DNA from: a virus
Lineage: Duplodnaviria; Caudoviricetes
Direction: 5' to 3' (one strand)
DNA: 28,498 nt
IMG/VR virus record: IMGVR_UViG_3300012971_000070
Coordinates: 1-28,498 of that record
Shown: positions 8,794-18,784 of the stretch, in pieces
How the letters are laid out: each line of letters starts with the position of its first letter
Numbering within the stretch: the stretch's first letter is position 1
Position numbers and translations under genes: made by a program
The notes under the pieces: model-generated
What the model was told of the DNA's origin: nothing
Database searches by the model: none
Seen by the model: only the letters and a program-made list of their open reading frames with translations

Positions 8794-10904
8794 TGTCTGC
8801 CTCGCAGGAAGTCATTATCCTCGCCCGGTTAGCCGGGACACGGCAATTTCTCGCTGATAATCAGAAGCTGATTGTGTCCCAGGGTGAGCTCGCCCTGAGC
8901 ACGGAGACTGTTGGCCGTGCCATGAGTCATACTACGCAACGAACATGGCTCATGAACCAGGCGTTGTTCACGTTGCGCCGCTATGTGTACTACGGAACGC
9001 TGGCTCTGACGGGTCTTGCCGCCGCCGCGTTGAAGATGGGCTTCGACTTCAACAACGCGATGCAGACCGCTACCGTTGCTCTTCGGCCATTCTTCAATAC
9101 CACAGAAGATCTCAATGCTGCGTTGAATCGTCTGTGGATCATCGCAAAGTACACTCCGTTCCAGATCAAAGACATGACGCTGGCGTTCCGAGCGTTGTTC
9201 CCATCCTTCCAAGCATTGGGTATCTCGTCTGATCAGACGATTGATACCATCCAAGCTCTCATTGATGCCCTCTCGGTTGCGGGCAAGGTATCCGGGCCTG
9301 CTCTCAACCGTGTGACCGTTGCCCTTCAGCACATGGCGTTCCAAGGACGGTTGACCGGGCTGTCTGTGAATCAGTTAGCACGCGACGGCATTCCGATATT
9401 CGCGATCCTTCGCAAGGAACTTGGCTTAACTGCCGATCAGATGCACCATGTCGGGCAGCTTGGTATTCCTGCGGGTGTTGCAATTCAGGCGATCATTCAC
9501 TACATGCGAACTACACCCGGATATGCCGACGCTGCGATGCGGCAGTCACGCATGACGTTGACCGGTCTCTTCTCGACCTTCAAGGATAACATCTCGCGCA
9601 TGTTCGGGATGTTAGAGAATGACGCCTTTGGTAGACTACAGGGTCGAGTCAATGCCCTAGACAACTGGTTCAACGATTTCTTTAATCGCTTCAATGGTCG
9701 GTCGGTTAGCTTGCGGCAGGTTTTGGTCTTTACCTTTGGATCGGGGGCTGGTAAGATCTGGGATCAGTTAGCGGCCGACCTTAAGTTGATCTCGAGCATC
9801 CTTCAGCAGATCGTCATAGATGTAGCGAAATCAAAGATCGTCTGGGTAACACTTTATGCGGCTCTGCTACTCTTGCACCCTATCCTTTGGACGATCAACC
9901 AGTTACTACAGCACTTCGGATGGTTGCTGTACATCATCATCCCTCTGATCATCACCTGGAAGACGGTCACGATCGCAGCGATGATCGCCGAGAGGAATAA
10001 GGCATTCTGGGATGCTGTTGCTACTAAGCGTCTCGGAGAGATGACGCTGATGCAGTTCCTCGCAAACAGGGCTTTGCTGCTGTACTACTTCACGCTTGGT
10101 CGTGTAACCCTAGCCATGAAAGCTCTTCCGGGCCTTTGGGCAGTCCTCACGACAGGTATGGCGAGAAATGAAGCGGGTCAGTTTCGTGTCATGACGACAG
10201 CAGAGAAGCTTGTCTTGCGCTTGCGTTTGACCGGTCTAGCGGCAGCAAGATTGGCTGTTACTCTCTATACGTTGCTTGTCCCAGCGTTCATACGCGAAGC
10301 CATTGCAGCAACCGCTGCTTGGATTGCTACTCTCGGACCGATCGCTTGGATTGTTGCCGGCATCATCGCAATCACCGTTGCGTTGACTGTACTCTACTTC
10401 AAGTGGAAAGCATTCCACGATCTTGTGAACGAGACAGTGCAATTCTTGTATGATCACCCTCTCGTTGCATGGTTCATCCCGGTGATCGGACCCCTGATCA
10501 CAATCGTAGCCTTGCTTGTAAAGGCAGCTCACTACTGGCATCGAATTGCCGGATTCTTCGGAAGGGTTGGAGGTTTTCTAGGTGGGGTTGTTGGACTCCA
10601 AGAGGGTGGGACGCTGCGGCACCCAGGTTGGACCATGGTCGGTGAGCGCGGGCCGGAACTCCTGCTGCTTCCAGGTGGCTCAAGTGTGGTGCCGCTTCCC
10701 ACCACTACTCGTAATGCGAATCGATTCTTCGGACCTCAGGCTGCCCATGAAACTGGAGCGCCTAGACAAGTCTTCCGTGCTGGACAGAACTATGGACAGG
10801 ATTGGGGAGCAGACCGTCCGCTCGTCATCCAATTGATGCTAGGTCGTAAGGTGCTTGAAGAGGTTGTAGTTGAGAAGATGACCGCGAGGCAGGCTAGAAG
10901 CTGA
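8793..10904 (+). CDS. Tape measure protein
   Basis: Tape_meas-like core ('AKYTPF', 'QLARDGIP', 'TLTGLFSTFKDN'), hydrophobic helical middle and C-terminal 'GG...MVGERGPEL'. Confidence 0.9.
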   Translation: MSASQEVIILARLAGTRQFLADNQKLIVSQGELALSTETVGRAMSHTTQRTWLMNQALFTLRRYVYYGTLALTGLAAAALKMGFDFNNAMQTATVALRPFFNTTEDLNAALNRLWIIAKYTPFQIKDMTLAFRALFPSFQALGISSDQTIDTIQALIDALSVAGKVSGPALNRVTVALQHMAFQGRLTGLSVNQLARDGIPIFAILRKELGLTADQMHHVGQLGIPAGVAIQAIIHYMRTTPGYADAAMRQSRMTLTGLFSTFKDNISRMFGMLENDAFGRLQGRVNALDNWFNDFFNRFNGRSVSLRQVLVFTFGSGAGKIWDQLAADLKLISSILQQIVIDVAKSKIVWVTLYAALLLLHPILWTINQLLQHFGWLLYIIIPLIITWKTVTIAAMIAERNKAFWDAVATKRLGEMTLMQFLANRALLLYYFTLGRVTLAMKALPGLWAVLTTGMARNEAGQFRVMTTAEKLVLRLRLTGLAAARLAVTLYTLLVPAFIREAIAATAAWIATLGPIAWIVAGIIAITVALTVLYFKWKAFHDLVNETVQFLYDHPLVAWFIPVIGPLITIVALLVKAAHYWHRIAGFFGRVGGFLGGVVGLQEGGTLRHPGWTMVGERGPELLLLPGGSSVVPLPTTTRNANRFFGPQAAHETGAPRQVFRAGQNYGQDWGADRPLVIQLMLGRKVLEEVVVEKMTARQARS

Positions 10905-11596
10905 TGCCGATCGACTATGATCTCTACAAGGTGACGTTTCATGCCCAAGGAATTGCAGCTGTGAGTGCATTCTTGGATGAGACGCCTGTTCAGGTTTCGG
11001 GTGGTTATGGCGGCTGGACGGTTACTTCTCGGCAACGTCGTACAGGCCTGACGCTGTGGATGGGGAAGGATCCGATTCGGATGACAGTTCCGATCATCTT
11101 CGATGGGTACGCTGGCCTTGATGGACAAGAGGTTGGAATTAGCAGGCTTAGTCGTATGGCGCTACCGCCTACTGGCGGTGGGGAGCCTCCAGTCATTACC
11201 GTCAGCGGCTATGGTTTGCCGAAGCCTGGTCCAAAGGACTGGGTCATCGAAAATCTGCAGTGGGGTACAAATGTCATCTGGGACAACGATAGTGGCGGGA
11301 GCTTGGTTCGTTTGCGGCAGGATTGTGTAGTCAATCTCATGCAATATGTCGCGAGCGATCGTGCCGCATTCTCGCGTCTTTCACCCGGTAAGGCCGGTGG
11401 CTCAAAGGCGAAACCGGGAAGTAAGGGCTTTCAGAAGCCGTATAGGGTTAAGGCTGGTGATACCCTACAAAAGATCGCCAATAAAGTGTACAAGAATCCA
11501 AAGCCAGATGACTGGAGGCTGATCAAGAAGGTGAACAACATCAGCGATCCGCGTCATCTTAAGGTAGGTAAGCTACTCAAGATTCCAAAGAAATGA
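10904..11596 (+). CDS. Tail tube initiator-like protein with C-terminal LysM domain
   Basis: 'YRVKAGDTLQKIANKVY...W..I...NNISDPRHLKVGKLLKIP' is a LysM signature. Position after the tape measure is typical. Confidence 0.85.
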   Translation: MPIDYDLYKVTFHAQGIAAVSAFLDETPVQVSGGYGGWTVTSRQRRTGLTLWMGKDPIRMTVPIIFDGYAGLDGQEVGISRLSRMALPPTGGGEPPVITVSGYGLPKPGPKDWVIENLQWGTNVIWDNDSGGSLVRLRQDCVVNLMQYVASDRAAFSRLSPGKAGGSKAKPGSKGFQKPYRVKAGDTLQKIANKVYKNPKPDDWRLIKKVNNISDPRHLKVGKLLKIPKK

Positions 11597-13698
11597 CCGT
11601 CACCAAGAAAAAGGTAAATACTCCGACTGCGCGCGAGAAGCTACGGCCGAGTGTTCTGCGTGAGACACAGCTAGAGCTCATGGGTGAGGATGTTGATCTC
11701 ACTAAGCTCTATCTGAAGCTGAATCACAAGGCGGTAGGATTCAATATCGTTGAAGCGGTGACAGATGTGAACATTCACCGTACGATTGAAGGAGCGAGTA
11801 CGGTTGACGTTACGGTAGAGGATCGTGACCGGACGTTGCTCAACTCCGGGCTTCTGAGCTCTCGTAACGATATTGAGATCGATGGGCTATACTTCAGGCT
11901 TGTGTCGGTACGGAAGGATGGTCCGGAGCTTACACTCTCGTTTGAAGATCGTGAGGTCTCTCTTCTTCGGCTATACAACAAGCCCATCAAGCAATCTCTT
12001 AAAACTGCCCGAACACGAGTCACACGCGCCGAATTCGTGCTGCGCATGATCAAGGAAGTCAAAGAGACCAAGATCCGGTACGTCATCCCTGAGCTACACA
12101 AACAGCAGCCGATCGATAGTGGTACCAAGCAGCCACCCACGCAGTTCAATCAGAACCAGAGGGGCTTCGGTATCCCTAAGTGGTCTAATGTGACCGTCAA
12201 GGGCGAGAGGATGAAGGAGTTCCAGCGTAAGAACGCTAATGATGTTCTGAACGCCGGTATCCCACGGGTTCGGAAGATGCTCGTCTGCGCTATCATGTGC
12301 GCCATCCAAGAGAGCAGTATCACAAATCTTGGACAACCAAAGTTCGGTGCTTACAACTATTTGAGCGCATTACCGGAAAGAAATCCCGTGGGTGTTTTCC
12401 AGCAAATCAAATACTATGGCTGGCCTGCCACTCGGGATGTCACAACAGATGCCACCGCCTTCTACGACAAGTTGGGTAAGATCTTTGCACAGTGGCCTAA
12501 CATGTCGTACTCAGATGCGGTTGAGAGTGTTCAGCATTCTGGTGACGCTAGCAAATATGCTCAGTGGCGAATTGAGGCAGAGCGTATCGTCACGGCGTAT
12601 GGCTATCCTCCTTACGGTAAGAGTGCTCCAGCAAACTCCCAGTGGCAAGCAAATGTCGGCACCACAGTGTATGAGTTCTACCGGGGACTCCCACCCACCA
12701 GCAAGATCAACAAGCAGAAGTACGATGGTCGCTGGGGACCAGAAAACAGCTGGGATTGCATGTATAGGCTAGCAAATGAGGTGCAGTGGCGTAGGTTTTT
12801 CGTAAGTGGGGTCTTCTACTTCATCTCTGAGGATGATCTCTTCAAATCTCAGCCGATCGCTACTATCGATGAGGACTCGGATGGGATAGATGCCATCGAT
12901 GGTGACTATGACGAGGGCAAGAAAACGGCTACACTCACGGTCAAGTGCCAGATGGGGCGTTGGGCCGCTCCGCCGGGTAGCGTCATCCAAATTCGAAACA
13001 TGGGACCATGGAATGGACGTTGGCTCGTGAATGATGTAGAGCGCTCGGCCTTTGATCCTAATGGTACGATCACCCTCAAGAAGCCGCTGCCGCGCTTGCC
13101 AGAACCTTCGGCAAGCAACCTCATCAAGGATACGCAGAACCAGGGAACATGGCACCTTGCGCCACAGCCGCCAAAGAAGGACAAACAGTACGAGGTGGCA
13201 TCCGGTATCGTACAGCCTGTGCCGGCCGGATTCAACAACAAGCTTGTGCAGGGAATTCACAGTACCGTCGGTCTCTCGGGACAGAGTTTCAGCTATTTTA
13301 CGGGAACGTGGCCCTCCAACGATGCGGCAGACTTTGGTGCTTCTGCCGGAGCGCCGGTGATCGCTCCCGAGAGCGGGAAGATCGTACATCTTTCCGGACA
13401 TCAGCCTTCTGCTGGCCCAACCTCAGCGCTGTTAGGTGCACATGGCCCCTTCGGGTTGAGCATCTACTTACTCGGTAACTCGGGTGCCTACTACTTTTTG
13501 ACGCATCTTGGCTCTAGGAATGTTAAGATCGGCGAGAACGTCCTTGGCGGGCAGCAGATAGGGACTGTTGGCGATTATGCCAAGTTTGGTGGAGTCAACC
13601 ACTGCCACTGCGGTGTATTCCCTCCGAAGTCAGGGCATCCGAACATCAAGGATCTCATGGCCGCACTTCTGGCACAAGGATCTAGTGTGACGGTATGA
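11593..13698 (+). CDS. Baseplate hub with inserted lysozyme-like domain and C-terminal M23 peptidase
   Basis: Hub-like N- and post-insert segments. Insert 'AIQESSITNL..GVFQQ..GW..AFY..VQHS' is lysozyme-like. C-terminal 'D..A..GAPVIAP..G..YFLTHL..IGTVG..HCH' is M23-like. Confidence 0.75.
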   Translation: MTVTKKKVNTPTAREKLRPSVLRETQLELMGEDVDLTKLYLKLNHKAVGFNIVEAVTDVNIHRTIEGASTVDVTVEDRDRTLLNSGLLSSRNDIEIDGLYFRLVSVRKDGPELTLSFEDREVSLLRLYNKPIKQSLKTARTRVTRAEFVLRMIKEVKETKIRYVIPELHKQQPIDSGTKQPPTQFNQNQRGFGIPKWSNVTVKGERMKEFQRKNANDVLNAGIPRVRKMLVCAIMCAIQESSITNLGQPKFGAYNYLSALPERNPVGVFQQIKYYGWPATRDVTTDATAFYDKLGKIFAQWPNMSYSDAVESVQHSGDASKYAQWRIEAERIVTAYGYPPYGKSAPANSQWQANVGTTVYEFYRGLPPTSKINKQKYDGRWGPENSWDCMYRLANEVQWRRFFVSGVFYFISEDDLFKSQPIATIDEDSDGIDAIDGDYDEGKKTATLTVKCQMGRWAAPPGSVIQIRNMGPWNGRWLVNDVERSAFDPNGTITLKKPLPRLPEPSASNLIKDTQNQGTWHLAPQPPKKDKQYEVASGIVQPVPAGFNNKLVQGIHSTVGLSGQSFSYFTGTWPSNDAADFGASAGAPVIAPESGKIVHLSGHQPSAGPTSALLGAHGPFGLSIYLLGNSGAYYFLTHLGSRNVKIGENVLGGQQIGTVGDYAKFGGVNHCHCGVFPPKSGHPNIKDLMAALLAQGSSVTV

Positions 13699-15791
13699 CA
13701 GACTTTCGTGATCTCATTCCTGAGCCTGAGATTCAGTCTCCGATCTGGTTCGGTTACATCGCCGAAAATGCCCCTGATCATGTCACACCAGTTCCCGTTA
13801 TCATCCCAGATTTTGATGAGCACTTACAATGGGGTCCATGCCCTTGGCAGGCTCGTGATGGTCAGCTGCCAAGCCAAGGTGATGCTTGTATTCTTGCGTT
13901 TGACAATCGGCGCGAGCTCTGGGTTGCTGCCTGGTGGCCAGTAACATATACCGGCGGCAGTGGTGGCGGCCCACAAACTGGATTTTGGCGATGGGATACT
14001 TCGACCTCGGGCGCAGTAGCCTCGGGTAAATTCGGGCTGAACGCTTCCACGTGGGCGACAACAACGCAGCTGCGCATCTCGGAGCTGACTGATCCTGGTA
14101 CCGATGTATCTGCCGGATTGGATACGGTTGGCGCGGGTGATTCGATCTACGTTCAGCAGCAGGACGACTCGACCCGTTGGGCTAGGTACCAGGCTACAGG
14201 TGCGACGACCGATCTCGGTACCTATCGCACAATTCCAGTCACATACCAGGATTCGGGTGCTATGCCGGCCAGCAATAATGTCCCGATAACTGTTCAGTTC
14301 GGGATTGGTGGTGGCGGCGGTACTGTTCCTGACGCGACATCAACTGTTAAGGGGATCTTACAGCTGGCTGGGGATCTGAGTGGAACGGCTGCCAGTCCAC
14401 AGATCGCTGCAGGTGTGATCGTAGACGGTGATGTAGCTGCTGCAAATAAGGATGGCACAGCTGCTACTCCATCGCTGCGTACTCTCGGGACAGGCGCCCA
14501 ACAAGCTACGGCAGGCAATGACTCCAGGCTGTCGGACGCGCGTACGCCAACTGCTCACCACACGACACATGAACCTGGCGGTTCCGATGCTATGGCCGTG
14601 GATGCTGTAGCTGCGACGGGATCTCTTCGGACTCTAGGTACTGGCTCACAGCAAGCGGCTGCGGGGAATGATTCTCGGTTTACGAACGCTCGTCCGCCGA
14701 CAGCGCACGCAACAACGCATCAGCCGGGAGGATCTGATCCAATGGCGGTTGATGCTGTCGCCGCTACTGGCTCGTTGCGCACGCTTGGTACAGGTGCCAC
14801 GCAAGCTGCTGCGGGGAATACAGGTTTGCCTACAGGCGGCACGACCGGTCAAGTACTGACTAAGATCGACGGCACCAACTATAACACAACCTGGTCCGAT
14901 ACAAATGTTACGACAGCAGTGATTCTTGCCCCGGCTACTGATACGCGCAATCGAATTAGTCGTACCGCAGGTGGCTACGGTCTTTCAATCCAGGTCACGG
15001 CTGATGCGGCAGATCGATTGCGACTCAAGTCGGACGGGACAATTGAGTGGGGCGACGGCACTACTACGCCTGACACAAATCTATACCGCAAGGCCGCTGA
15101 CACGCTCGCGTCAGACGACAACTTCAACCAGTACAACACGAGCGGCGACGCGAACCCGGCGATCGCGCTCGATAAGGCAGCTGGTGGAGCTGCGAAGCCG
15201 GGGTTCAGGTTGGGAGCCGGTGGTGCGACAGCGACAGACGCGAGCGTCTGGCGGCAGGCAGCAGCGAACATCTACACGAACGCTGCCTGGCGCTTCACTA
15301 CCGGGAGCATCGCGCTCAATGATTCGACAGCTGTGGTTACAATCGTTGTGTCTGGCGCGGGAGCCGGTGTGGCGTTCTCAAAAGGCATCACGGTGCCAAC
15401 TGGTCAGTACGTTGGTGCGGCCGGAGCGGGTGGTTTGCAGTTTGGTACGGATGTAGGCATGGGTCGTACTGCTGCCGATACGTTAGAGATGGCGGCCGGG
15501 GATACTTTCAAAGCATCCGCAGCTGGGATTGCATTTTCGGATGCCACCGTGCAGACAACGGCCGCACCGCACTACTATTCTTCGGCGACGCATGCGGCCG
15601 GGACAACGATCACAATTGCGCAAACGACGCACGGTTGTCGCGCGTCACGCGGCTTACTCGTTCAAGCTCAGGATGAGGCCACTGGTGCAATCGAACTGCC
15701 CGATATCGTTGTGGCCGCCAATGGCGACATCACCGTCACCTATGCTGCGTCGGTGTCTGCCAATTCGAAACGGGTTACGGTGATCGGCTGA
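13695..15791 (+). CDS. Baseplate spike N-terminal domain fused to a long fibre
   Basis: The first ~85 aa ('VIIPDFD..WGPCPW..PSQGDACILAFD') resemble gpV/spike N-termini. They are followed by Gly linkers, His-containing repeats and a beta-rich C-terminus. Confidence 0.65.
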   Translation: MTDFRDLIPEPEIQSPIWFGYIAENAPDHVTPVPVIIPDFDEHLQWGPCPWQARDGQLPSQGDACILAFDNRRELWVAAWWPVTYTGGSGGGPQTGFWRWDTSTSGAVASGKFGLNASTWATTTQLRISELTDPGTDVSAGLDTVGAGDSIYVQQQDDSTRWARYQATGATTDLGTYRTIPVTYQDSGAMPASNNVPITVQFGIGGGGGTVPDATSTVKGILQLAGDLSGTAASPQIAAGVIVDGDVAAANKDGTAATPSLRTLGTGAQQATAGNDSRLSDARTPTAHHTTHEPGGSDAMAVDAVAATGSLRTLGTGSQQAAAGNDSRFTNARPPTAHATTHQPGGSDPMAVDAVAATGSLRTLGTGATQAAAGNTGLPTGGTTGQVLTKIDGTNYNTTWSDTNVTTAVILAPATDTRNRISRTAGGYGLSIQVTADAADRLRLKSDGTIEWGDGTTTPDTNLYRKAADTLASDDNFNQYNTSGDANPAIALDKAAGGAAKPGFRLGAGGATATDASVWRQAAANIYTNAAWRFTTGSIALNDSTAVVTIVVSGAGAGVAFSKGITVPTGQYVGAAGAGGLQFGTDVGMGRTAADTLEMAAGDTFKASAAGIAFSDATVQTTAAPHYYSSATHAAGTTITIAQTTHGCRASRGLLVQAQDEATGAIELPDIVVAANGDITVTYAASVSANSKRVTVIG
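14472..14820 (+). repeat. 150-bp (50-aa) tandem repeat, about 2.3 copies, within the fibre
   Basis: SLRTLGTG starts at 14472, 14622 and 14772. Unit is SLRTLGTGxQQAxAGNDSRxxxARxPTAHxTTHxPGGSDxMAVDAVAATG. Confidence 0.92.
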
Positions 15792-16636
15792 TGCCAGATG
15801 TGCCCGGCACGCTCAAGCCGCCACGCCTCGCCAGCGCCCCGGCCAGCCCGGCCGCCGGGCAGCTCTACTACGACACGGGTACAAACACGCTGTACTGGTG
15901 GAACGGCACCTCCTGGGTGTCCTCCGCCGGTGCGGGCGCGCCGCCCGATGCGACCACGAGTTCAAAGGGCATCGTTCAACTCGCGGGTGATTTGGCAGGA
16001 ACAGCGGCTTCACCGCAGATCGCAACCGGAGCGATCGTTGACACGGATGTTGCTGCGGCGAATAAGGATGGTGCGGCGGCGACTCCGTCCATGCGCACGC
16101 TCGGTTCTGGGGCGCAACAGGCGCTGGCCGGCAACAAGGGCGTGCAGTTGATCTCGACCATCGGCCCGCTCGGCGCCGCCGCCTCCTCGATCGATTTCAC
16201 TAGCATACCGCAGACATTCACGCACTTGCAAGTCGTTGGGCACGTCACCTTTCAGGGGGCGGCCGTGTCCGAGGTCGGCGTGCGGCTCAACAACGACTCG
16301 GGTGCGAACTACGAGTACGGCGGCATGGTCGTCGCATCTGCTGGTGCCCCGGCCAACTTCTACGCGGTCAACACGACCCGCTGGCGTGTCGCCGAGGCGG
16401 GCAACTCGGGCGGCGAGTTCTGCGCCTTCACATTCGTGCTGCCGATCTACACGCTCGGCTACCGCAAGCACTACCATTCCACCTTCGGTGGCTACGACGG
16501 CAACGGCAACATGGTCGGGACGGCGGGCGGACGCTACTATGCCACCGTCGCAGCGGTCACACGCCTGTTCTTCTTCGCGACCAACGGCGCCAACTTCGAT
16601 CTCGGCTCGATGATGAGCCTGTACGGGATGCCATGA
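15791..16636 (+). CDS. Second tail fibre/receptor-binding protein
   Basis: N-terminal 'GQLYYDTGTNTLYWWNGTSW' fibre motif, a module shared with the upstream gene, and a C-terminal 'ASSIDFTSIPQTFTHL...GSMMSLYG' domain. Confidence 0.75.
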   Translation: MPDVPGTLKPPRLASAPASPAAGQLYYDTGTNTLYWWNGTSWVSSAGAGAPPDATTSSKGIVQLAGDLAGTAASPQIATGAIVDTDVAAANKDGAAATPSMRTLGSGAQQALAGNKGVQLISTIGPLGAAASSIDFTSIPQTFTHLQVVGHVTFQGAAVSEVGVRLNNDSGANYEYGGMVVASAGAPANFYAVNTTRWRVAEAGNSGGEFCAFTFVLPIYTLGYRKHYHSTFGGYDGNGNMVGTAGGRYYATVAAVTRLFFFATNGANFDLGSMMSLYGMP

Positions 16637-16956
16637 CTGACATTCCACACTTTGATATGCCTTTCCGATTTACTGGTACACATCCTGCCGTCGTAGAGCA
16701 GGATGAGTATGAAGATGTACAGAATTGTGTGGAGTGTTTTCTGCGGACGATGGTCGGTGAGCGGATAGAGCTGCCTGACTTCGGTAGAGAAGATTGGACA
16801 TTTGAGATACAGCCGATTGATCTTGCCGGGGTCATGCAGAGCATCGCTATCCAGGAACCAAGAGCTATCACTGCCTTCGAGCAGGAACCCGATTATCTTG
16901 ATCCACTCATAGCAAAGATTACCGTCCATCTTGATCAGGTGCAGGAGGTGACCTAG
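16633..16956 (+). CDS. Baseplate wedge protein (gp25/gpW-like)
   Basis: 'LRTMVGERIELPDFG' and 'IAIQEPRA' motifs. Confidence 0.85.
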   Translation: MTDIPHFDMPFRFTGTHPAVVEQDEYEDVQNCVECFLRTMVGERIELPDFGREDWTFEIQPIDLAGVMQSIAIQEPRAITAFEQEPDYLDPLIAKITVHLDQVQEVT

Positions 16957-18128
16957 TGGCCGATACGTACATTACACTTCCAATTGAGACCGATCCGGAA
17001 GATGTACTGAATGACACATATGAGATGATGGCAAATCTCATTTCGGGCTGGCAGCCTTCGAATGGAAACCTAGATGTATGGATCTTGCAGGCCATCGCCT
17101 CCATCGCGAGTGAGTCACGTGACGTAACCAGTGAGGTCTCAAAGTCAATCTTCCGCTATTTCGGTGATAGCCTGGTCGGTGTACCGCCTATTGATGCTGC
17201 GCCCGCGTATGGAACTACAACCTGGACGTTGGTTGACAATCTCGGGCATACAATTCCGGCAGGTACGCAAGTTACGATGGCGGACAACACCGGAACAAAC
17301 TATGCATTTGAGACGACACAAGATGTAATCGTCTATGCGGGGAGTACGGCTACCGCAGCTGGTGCGGTGCAGATTGTGGCAGCAGATGAAGAGTACGGTG
17401 CTTCTGCGAATGGGCTTACTAATCCGGTCTCACTTCTAGATCCTCTTGCCTTTGTTTCAAGTATCAGCATTACTGCTCCGACGAGTGGCGGGCAGGATGC
17501 CGAGAGCGATGATGACTATCTGGACCGCTTGGCTGCGACATTTGAGTTACTCGCGCCGCGTCCGATTCTTCCGAATGACTTTGCCGTCCTCGCTCGTGAG
17601 ATCCCTGGTGCGTGGCGTGCTACAGCGATTGATCTCTACAGCCCCGGTCCGCCCATCACAACAAATGTTCCGCGTTGTGTAACCGTGATAGCTATTGATC
17701 AGTCTGGTAACGCAGTCTCTTCTGCAATTAAGACGGCCATTGACAACGATCTCCAAGCTCGGCGTGAGGTCAACTTCCTGGTATACGAGGCAGATGCCAC
17801 ACAGGTGTTGATTAACGTCACGTTTACTGCCGTCGCACTTGCGGGATTCGACAAGCCTACACTTCTGAGTTCGATCAATTCTGCTCTACAGAGTTATCTT
17901 GATCCTTCTACATGGGGATCAACCGAGGATGATCCGCGTGCGTGGCGGTTGATCACGATCGTACGCTATCTCGAGATCGCGCAGGTGATCAATGACGTAC
18001 AGGGAGTAGACTACATTTCAGCCCTGACGATTGGAATTCAGGGCAGTGCGATGGGAACGGTAGATCTCAACATGACAGGGACTGCGCCGCTGCCGAAAGC
18101 CAACACGCTTACAGGAACCGTGAACTAG
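16956..18128 (+). CDS. Baseplate J-like protein
   Basis: 'TIPAGTQV', 'FETT', 'GGQDAESDDDYLDRL' and 'INDVQGVDYI' motifs. Confidence 0.92.
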   Translation: MADTYITLPIETDPEDVLNDTYEMMANLISGWQPSNGNLDVWILQAIASIASESRDVTSEVSKSIFRYFGDSLVGVPPIDAAPAYGTTTWTLVDNLGHTIPAGTQVTMADNTGTNYAFETTQDVIVYAGSTATAAGAVQIVAADEEYGASANGLTNPVSLLDPLAFVSSISITAPTSGGQDAESDDDYLDRLAATFELLAPRPILPNDFAVLAREIPGAWRATAIDLYSPGPPITTNVPRCVTVIAIDQSGNAVSSAIKTAIDNDLQARREVNFLVYEADATQVLINVTFTAVALAGFDKPTLLSSINSALQSYLDPSTWGSTEDDPRAWRLITIVRYLEIAQVINDVQGVDYISALTIGIQGSAMGTVDLNMTGTAPLPKANTLTGTVN

Positions 18129-18772
18129 TGGCCAAACCAACCCTAGAGAGTTTTGCGCAGGCGCTGTATGATTCGATGTTGCCCATGCAATACGATGAGG
18201 TGAATCAGGACTACGCACTGGCAAAATTCATGGCCGGGATCGGGGCAGGATTCCAACAAAATGAGGACTATGGTCGCGCCCAGGGTGACATACCTGGCTG
18301 GGCTAGTCTCATGGATCCAGATCTCTGTCCTCCAGAGGCACTAGGGTGGCTGGCTCAATTTGTGGGGGTCACGCTTCAGCCCGGTCTTTCTGACTCTGCT
18401 CAGCGTGCTTGGGTCAAATCAACGGATGGCTGGTTCCGTGGGACCCGTAATGCGATCATCTCTGCCGCACAGCACACGCTGACTGGACAGCAGCGGGTTG
18501 TCTTCCGTGAGCGAGATGGTGCCGCACACGGAATCTCTGCCTCGCCTGATTACGCCTATGTCCTGACGATATGGACATACTTGAGTGAAACACCCGATCC
18601 CACGGCGACGCAGAATGCAATTCTTGCTCAGAAGCCTGCAGGGATTGTCCTTTTCTACAACGCTTCTGCGTATCAGGATTACACAAATGTCAGGACATCA
18701 AATGCGACCTATGCGGTTGTGAAGTCAACCTTCAGTACGTACAACTACCTCGCGCTGAACCAGCCGGGCTAA
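18128..18772 (+). CDS. Tail protein (P2 gpI-like baseplate wedge)
   Basis: 'DPDLCPPEALGWLAQFVG', 'RGTRNAI' and 'QKPAG' motifs, directly after baseplate J. Confidence 0.85.
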   Translation: MAKPTLESFAQALYDSMLPMQYDEVNQDYALAKFMAGIGAGFQQNEDYGRAQGDIPGWASLMDPDLCPPEALGWLAQFVGVTLQPGLSDSAQRAWVKSTDGWFRGTRNAIISAAQHTLTGQQRVVFRERDGAAHGISASPDYAYVLTIWTYLSETPDPTATQNAILAQKPAGIVLFYNASAYQDYTNVRTSNATYAVVKSTFSTYNYLALNQPG

Positions 18773-18784
18773 GGAGAGGAGACG

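Noticed and set aside
16250-16636. Diversity-generating retroelement variable region (many AAC/TAC/GGC codons at a fibre C-terminus)
   Set aside because: No template repeat differing at adenines and no reverse transcriptase in the window. High GC3 explains the pattern. It cannot be excluded elsewhere in the genome.
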